Positions 42,616 to 49,688 of a stretch of 49,688 nt of DNA are shown piece after piece. Origin of the DNA: Priapulus caudatus (lineage: Eukaryota); assembly GCF_000485595.1 (NCBI RefSeq), contig NW_014577075.1:840141-889828 (forward strand), written 5' to 3'. How positions within the stretch are numbered: position 1 is the first letter of the stretch; every line of letters starts with the position of its first letter. Both the position numbers and the translations under genes were made by a program. A model generated the notes under the pieces. It was given only the letters and a program-made list of their open reading frames with translations, searched no databases and was not told where the DNA came from.

Positions 42616-44100
42616 NNNNNNNNNNNNNNNNNNNNNNNNNAATTGCTTTAAACATTAATATATGCATTCCTCTTACACAACAAGCCACTATTTTGTCGCA
42701 AAATATAATATAGCTAATTTGAAAAGACCTACTAAGAATTTAGAGCAAAATATATGATATAAGATATGATGCAATATGTTCTTATTGTATGAAACGCCGG
42801 ATAGACTATATACAATGCTGTACAAAAATAAATATAATATAGATATAATTTGGATATTTAATATGGCATACCTTACTTATATAAAATATCTTCATTTAAT
42901 ACAATAGTTTCTACGTATATTTATTAATAAGAAACTTCTTAAGATTAAATTTAAAGGAATTCAGATTGTTTGCTTCTATTGATTTAGGTATAGGCCTATA
43001 TATCATTCCAGCACTTTACTCCCTTGAATTTTAGTGAGTTTTGTCCTAATGATGTTAAAGTATAGATGTCTTCTAGTTTCAATAGATTTAATTTTTTATA
43101 ATATTGGGTAACATGGTCTTGATATTTCCCGAACGCTATATTTTTATAATTTATGTGAATAACTTTTACTGGATGTAGAATATATTTAGGTGATGCTCAG
43201 CACTGCATAATGAACACCGCCCATTTTGCAACGATGATCCGTAAGCACCCGTCGATCTCTGCACTAATGTCGCACAAACTAGCATAAGCTATGGGCTATC
43301 GCAGACTATAAACGTTCATTACGACAGCAGATGCGAGACAATAGAAGCAAAATAATTTCGGCCAAATGGTCCCACTTTCGAAAAAGACGTACAATCGCTG
43401 ATGTGATTTGAAGGAAATGACTATGAGCCGTCTTGGCTGAAGCTGAATGCAAGAGCAATTAAGGGATTGTGAAGAGGCAGAAAACACCCCAGTGAAAAGA
43501 TCACCCACTTTTCGCGAAAACAATGCATTCTAGTTAGATTTTCATTCTGCGTCTAAACGGTCGACCAGCCGCTCCGAGTGCGTTGAAACGTTACGAAATA
43601 AATAACGATGAATCGTAATCATGTAAACAACAATTGGTAACAGCTTGGCCGAGAGCAGACACCGCGCCGGACGCGCGGATCCCGCCAGAAGCGAAGCAGG
43701 TTATCAAACTAATCTGCAGCCTCTCACACGGTCGGTCGAAGCGACCATAAATGACGAGCCAGAAAGCCGCATTATTCTAAAGCGCCGTAACAAGCCATTA
43801 AGTTCACCCTGGCAACTCAGCAGCAATGCAGGAATTCGCCTCACGAATCGAATGCTCTCATCTGCGAAAACAATCCTAACCGACGCTCATCTGCGCGCCA
43901 TGCGCGTTGTTGAGTAATGGTGACAGTAGCGCTTTTTAGCAGTAAGAGAGGAACATTTTCCGTGTCGCAGTGATAGATTCGTACGTCCTACGCGACTCCT
44001 GCTCGAGAATTTGACCATATCTCTCTCTATATATAGTATGTATTATTATGTATGTAATGTATGTATGTATGTATGTATGTATGTATGTATAGTATATGAT
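40981..44100. repeat. ~1.5-kb tandem duplication (40981-42615 vs 42641-~44100) across a 25-N gap
   Basis: Colinear copies each ending in (ATGT)n/(GT)n; gap 42616-42640. Confidence 0.92.
42641..43212 (-). mobile_element. Second (allelic or duplicated) copy of the LINE fragment with an internal ~140-bp deletion
   Basis: Colinear with 40981-41689 but lacks ~41386-41526. Confidence 0.75.
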
Positions 44101-44475
44101 GTATGTATGTAGTATGTGTGTGTGTGTTGTGTGTGTGTGTGGTGTGTGTGTGTGTGTGTGTCATGTAATGTATGTTATGTATGTATGTATGTATGTATGT
44201 ATGTATGTATGTATGTATGTATGTATGTATGTAGTATGTATGTATATGTATGTATGTAGTATGTATGTATGTATGTATGTATGTATGTATGTATGTATGT
44301 ATGCTATGTATGTATGTATGTATGTGTGTGTTCGTGTGGTGTGGTTGTGTGTGTGCCGTATGTGTGTGTGCGTTGTGTGTGCGTATGTGTGTGTGTGTGG
44401 TGTGTGTTGTGTGTGTGTTTGTGTGTGTTTTGTTGTGTTTGTGTGTGTTGTGTGTGTTTGTGTGTGTTTGTGTAT
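44040..44475. repeat. Degenerate (ATGT)n/(GT)n microsatellite
   Basis: Direct observation. Confidence 0.9.
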
Positions 44476-45254
44476 ATACTGCTCATATCAGAATATAAAG
44501 CACGCTAGTTAAATTACAAAGGGCGCCGTCTCATATATTCATAATCACATTTCTCGACATCGTTATAGTTTTTGTGTTTACGCGCCTCATTATTAAATTA
44601 GCAGATCCTTTGCAATTTCCATTTATATTTTCCACAAACATGTCTCTTGAATTAGTCGAATCAAGAATAATGGTAAAAAAGATTACACAAGATTTCTTAT
44701 TACGATAATTAAACCGAATTGCCGCGCCAGATATAAGCAGCCTCATTACCCCCCTCAAAGCATTATCACAATTCAATTATTAGCAATCGGTAGAAACCCA
44801 CTGCAATGTTAAACAATACTGCATCCACTCTGTATACATTATTTAGATATTAAACCATTGTATTATATTTAATAATGCAATGTTAAATATTTTGCGAAAA
44901 TGTGAGCACGGCATTCGTCTGACCCGCCTGTCCACCGTACTGCGTCATTTACAAATTGATGTTAGTAAATGGTTAAATACTAGTTTAACACAACCACATA
45001 TACAATTTAGTAAAGACAGGCGCAACGCGCCATATGTTCTCAAACTGTAGTCCTCCCAAAGATTATTCCAAGAAATCGGAGATCGGTAGTATTTTTATTT
45101 TCCTGACGTCAGACCATGTTGATGAACATGTGCATGCATTTGTTAACCAGGTGAATATTTACATCATCCATTCCTTAGGTTGTATAAATATGTCAGATAT
45201 ATATATATATATAGAAGAGAGAGAGAGAGAAGAGAGAAGGAAGAGAGAGAGAGA

Positions 45255-45292
<38 letters not shown>

Positions 45293-45424
45293 GAGAGAGA
45301 GATGAGAGCTGACAGAGAGAAAAGGAGAAGAGAGAGAGAGAGCGCGCGCGCGAGCGAGAGTGAGAGAGCGAGCGAGAGAGAGGGGGGGAGAGGGGGGAGA
45401 GGGAGAAAGATAGTGAGCACATTT

Positions 45425-48400
45425 ATAATGTAATATATTATTCTGCGGCACAATATCCACAGATGTATCACAGATATCAAAATTATTATGTAGTATATTA
45501 ATCAATTCAAAGATGGGGTGGGATCATTAGATTATTGGCCTATGTGCGTCGAAAAAATAATACAGCACAGATGTTTTTATAGGCACATCCATGCCTTTCG
45601 AAATCAATTACATTACGATATCGTTGTATGTACGTGGCCATGTGAAACCTTCATTTTACCTGAAATTGGTTGCCAATCGCCGTGACTGTGCATGTGTAGA
45701 CGTGGGTAGATACCTTCTCAGGTAATACAGTAACGCAACAATATTAACCGTTAGCCGTAAACGTTGCCGCAGGACGCGTCAGTATGTACGGTGATATACT
45801 CCATCCTTCTTCAGGAGGTCCCCGTCCCGTGTAATGCGGCCCACCCTAGTTTTCCCAAGCGAATTATCAGTGATAAACGAACTTGCGCTCGTCATTGAAG
45901 ACGCTGAAAATATAATCTAATTGGCTAAAATCTTTAACAAGTCTCAAATACATTGAAACCTGTGCGGCGAGAAGTAAAACCTTACCTTTTAAAATCTGAT
46001 TAATATTCATGCTGTTATACATTGTTATACTAATTAGTATTGTGAATGTATATTCTTATTTATACTGTTTTATACTATAAGCGCATTAGTTTAATTATCT
46101 TTCATGTTTACATATGTTATGCTGCATCGTCGGTAGAGTACATTAAAGTGAATATTTAGATTGTGCCATTTTACCTGGTGGCACATTGCAATCGCATTAC
46201 AAATAGTGATTTTCTTACAGCGCGTTTACTTCATGTTTAATTGTACATGTGTTCTCTGGAACAAGGCTTTCCCTGTTGTAACAAGAAATACGCTGTAACG
46301 TTAATGAGTTTCTGCGATTTTACTATAACGCGGTTGCGATAAAACATAACATGGTAAAACATTAAGCACGGCACAGTTAAAATTTGCTCGTGCATAAATT
46401 ATTGTGATACAACCAAAAATATTTCGTCAACCGAATATATAAGATAGTACAGTAGATCTGTTGGTTAGGAGGCGTATTCAAACGACTACAACATACGCAT
46501 ATTTCCATCATAAGCCTATTGATGCCGAGGAAAAAGAATCTATCAGCTTGTCGAGATGCATATAATATATATATATAGTATATATATATAAGTATATATA
46601 TATATATATATATAATATCAAGAGCTAATAATACCTATTATTAGCTCTTGATAATATATATATAGTATAGAAAATATGAGAAATAGAAATATGTGGGAAA
46701 AGAATATATGTTGATAAGATCGCGTTCGCGGTATAAATTAAACACTGCGTTTTCCAGACCGTTTAACAACAGCCGGGTATCTGCGTCGACTCTAGCATAT
46801 ACCCTCAGGTGGATAAGCAATAGGATTGTCATCCGGTAAGGATAATACAAGCGTAATGTATGCGGACCCTCACAGCAGTTGCCGACATCGTTGTGGCAAT
46901 AGGTTTTTATGACCGTCAGCCGTCCAGGCTAGTCTCCAATCAGCAATCATCCTCTTACGACGTTTCTAACACCTAAGATGAAATACGACCCGTGTCGTTT
47001 GTGTTGCCTTGGCCACACCTGTGCGCAGCGGTGCGCGCGCGCACACACAAACACTCACGGCAAGTTAAGAATGCAAATATTTGCAGATGTTCGTTGACGC
47101 GGTGAGTTTTGCGTCCTTTCACTGTCACTCGCTGCAATATTCGCGTGGTTGACGGGTCGTGAGTAGTCCACACGGTTGCGTTAGTGCGCTTACACGGGCC
47201 GCCGATATCTCTCGCGTTCATTTTTTCTATACTTCTCCTCGACGTCGTGTCTGTCTCACACGCAAAGAATAGCTTGTAGCAGAAAGTCTTGGAGCTGGAG
47301 AGAAATTTACACACGGCAAAAAAAGCTACAGTGCAGGTGTTCCGATAAACAAGTGAACATGGTATAGTGCTCGAATGTAACTTTGCATGCGTGTAAAACA
47401 GCAGGTGATTGTAGACGTTGGGCTTTATGCTGGCACGTGTGCGTTCTCAGCAAGCCACACAGTGACGTGTGAATGTGTCCCTGCAGTACAAATACATTCC
47501 CACAGAGGTGGTCGGCCGCTTTACTTGCGATTGGCAGTATACAATTCGGAAGTAGAAAAATGAGAGGTAGAGAGAGAATGGTGTATGTATATAGGCGCCA
47601 AGCACGCGTTAATATTCCTTAACGTGTCGAATCGGGATGAGCATTCACATTTTATAATATTTTCCTTCGGGGAAGCGTGTATATATAACATAATATAAAC
47701 ATGTCAATAGAATGTTTTGTTATTACAATACATTGTTTATTAAAAATAACTATTTCACGAACGCCTAAAAATTGAAATATAATTAAATTGAAATATAATA
47801 GGTACAAGCGTATACGAAAGAATATAGCATTATCGGTTAATTTATAAGGCGACGTTTATACGTGACGATTAAAGCAGTTTTAACAAACGTGCTTTACATG
47901 TATATACGTTTGCCGTATTTCTAAACTATAAAGTCCGCATTGGTTAAGTGGTAAACTGCTGCAACATAGTTAATTACAGTCAGGTCGGAGGGAAACATCT
48001 CGGCGAACGCTTGGTATCCACACACAAACTAACGCATTGCTATCAAACGGCCGCTATAGTAGTATTAAATTGGCTAAATGGTTTTGCAGTGATAAGTATA
48101 GGGTTGTATTTAACGACTGAAGGCAGCATGGAAACAAGATCGTATGGAAGCAAGCCTAATTACAGGTTGTCATGCGGCCATAACTCGTTATAGCTAACAG
48201 GTCCACGAAATAATCTAATATTTCTACCCTACTACCCTAGTAAAATCTACTACTCATAATCTATGAGATTTCAAACTAACGCTTTTGCAAATTGCTTTTA
48301 ATTTTATAGTAATCTTACCTACTGTTTACAGAAACATAAATTTACAAATGTATCCGTTATGTAAGCACGAGTTGTCTACGCATTTGAATGTAACTAGAAA

Positions 48401-49688
48401 TTTTCCACTCGACCGTTAAAATAATGCACTCATATGCAGAGAATTGGGCTTAGGATAAAGCGAGAGCGACAGATAGGAAGAGGAAACGATAGATAGATAG
48501 ATAGATAGATAGATAGAATAGATAGATCGATAGATAGATAGATATATAGATAGATAGATAATAATGTAATATATTATTCTGCGCACATATCACAGATGTA
48601 TCACAGATATCAAAAAATTTATTATGTAGTATATTAATCAAATTCAAAGATGGGGTGGGATCATTAGATTATTGCCTATGTGCGTCCGAAAAAATAATAC
48701 AGCACAGATGTTTTTATAGCACATCATGCCTTTCGAAATTCAATTACATTACGATATCGTTGTATGTACGTGCGCCATGTGAAACCTTCATTTTACCTGA
48801 AATTTGGTTGCCAATCGCCGTGACTGTGCATGTGTAGACGTGGGTAGATACGTCTCAGGTAATACAGTATGCAACATAATTAACCGTTAGGCGTAACGTT
48901 GCCGCAGGACCGTATGATGTACGGTGATATACTCCATCCTTCTTCAGGAGGTCCCCGTCCGTGTATGCGGCCCACCCTAGTTTTCCAAGCGAATTTCAGT
49001 GATAAACGAACTTGCGCTCGTCATTGAAGACGCTGAAAATATAATCAATTGCTAAATCTTTAACAGTCTCAAATACATTGAAACCTGTGCGCGAGAAGTA
49101 AACCTTTACCATTTTAATCTGATTAATATTCATGGCCTTTATACATTGTTATATATTAGTATGTGAATGTATATTTCTATTTATACTGTTTTATACTATA
49201 AGCGCATTAGTTAATTATCTTTCATGTTTACATATGTTATGCTGCATCGTCGGTAGAGTACATTAAAGTGAATATGTTTAGATTGTGCCATTTTACCTGT
49301 GCACATTGCAATCGCAATTACAAATAGTGATTTTCTTACAGCGCGTTACTATGTTTAATTGTACATGTGTTCTCTGGGAACAAGGCTTTCCCTGTTGTAA
49401 CAAGAAATACGCTGTAACGGTTAATGAGTTTCTGCGATTTTTACTATACGCGGTTGCGATAAAACATAACATGGTAAAAAAATGTAACACGGCACAGTTA
49501 AAATTTGCTCGTGCATAAATTATTGTGATACAACCAAAAATATTTCGTGCAACCGAATATATAAGATAGTACAGTAGATCTGTTGGTTAGGAGCGTATTC
49601 AAAACGACTACAACATACGCATATTTCCATCATAAGCCTATTGATCGAGGGAAAAAGAATCTATCAGCTTGTCGAGATGCATATATAT
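45425..49688. repeat. Direct duplication of at least 1.13 kb (45425-46565 vs 48561-window end)
   Basis: Both copies begin ATAATGTAATATATTATTCTGCG and run to CAGCTTGTCGAGATGCATATA; differences are mostly single-base indels. Confidence 0.92.

Overview
Eukaryotic genomic DNA, most likely from a bilaterian invertebrate, in a microsatellite-rich draft assembly with N gaps. Two protein-coding genes are supported. (1) A + strand DEAD-box RNA helicase of the DDX21/DDX50/plant RH3-RH9-RH53 group: 13 exons at 113-6304, all GT-AG and phase-consistent, about 575 aa visible, 5' end outside the window, no GUCT domain evident. (2) An intronless - strand FoxB forkhead gene (18495-19439) with an eh1 motif and a TATA/Inr/CCAAT/GC-box promoter. 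The rest is a CpG-rich gene desert around FoxB containing MITEs (Kolobok-type, piggyBac-type, hAT-type, one with internal telomeric repeats), a 5'-truncated CR1/L2/Crack-group LINE, short palindromic elements, many microsatellites and several kb-scale duplications that are probably assembly or haplotype artefacts. Best leads: a TSD-flanked intronic palindrome carrying two Penelope-type hammerhead ribozyme cores; a near-consensus CTCF site at the apparent CpG-poor/CpG-rich boundary between the two genes; an ATG-TAA start-stop element overlapping a Fox site just before the FoxB start codon; and the atypical GUCT-less helicase. I cannot demonstrate a wholly new biological system from sequence alone.
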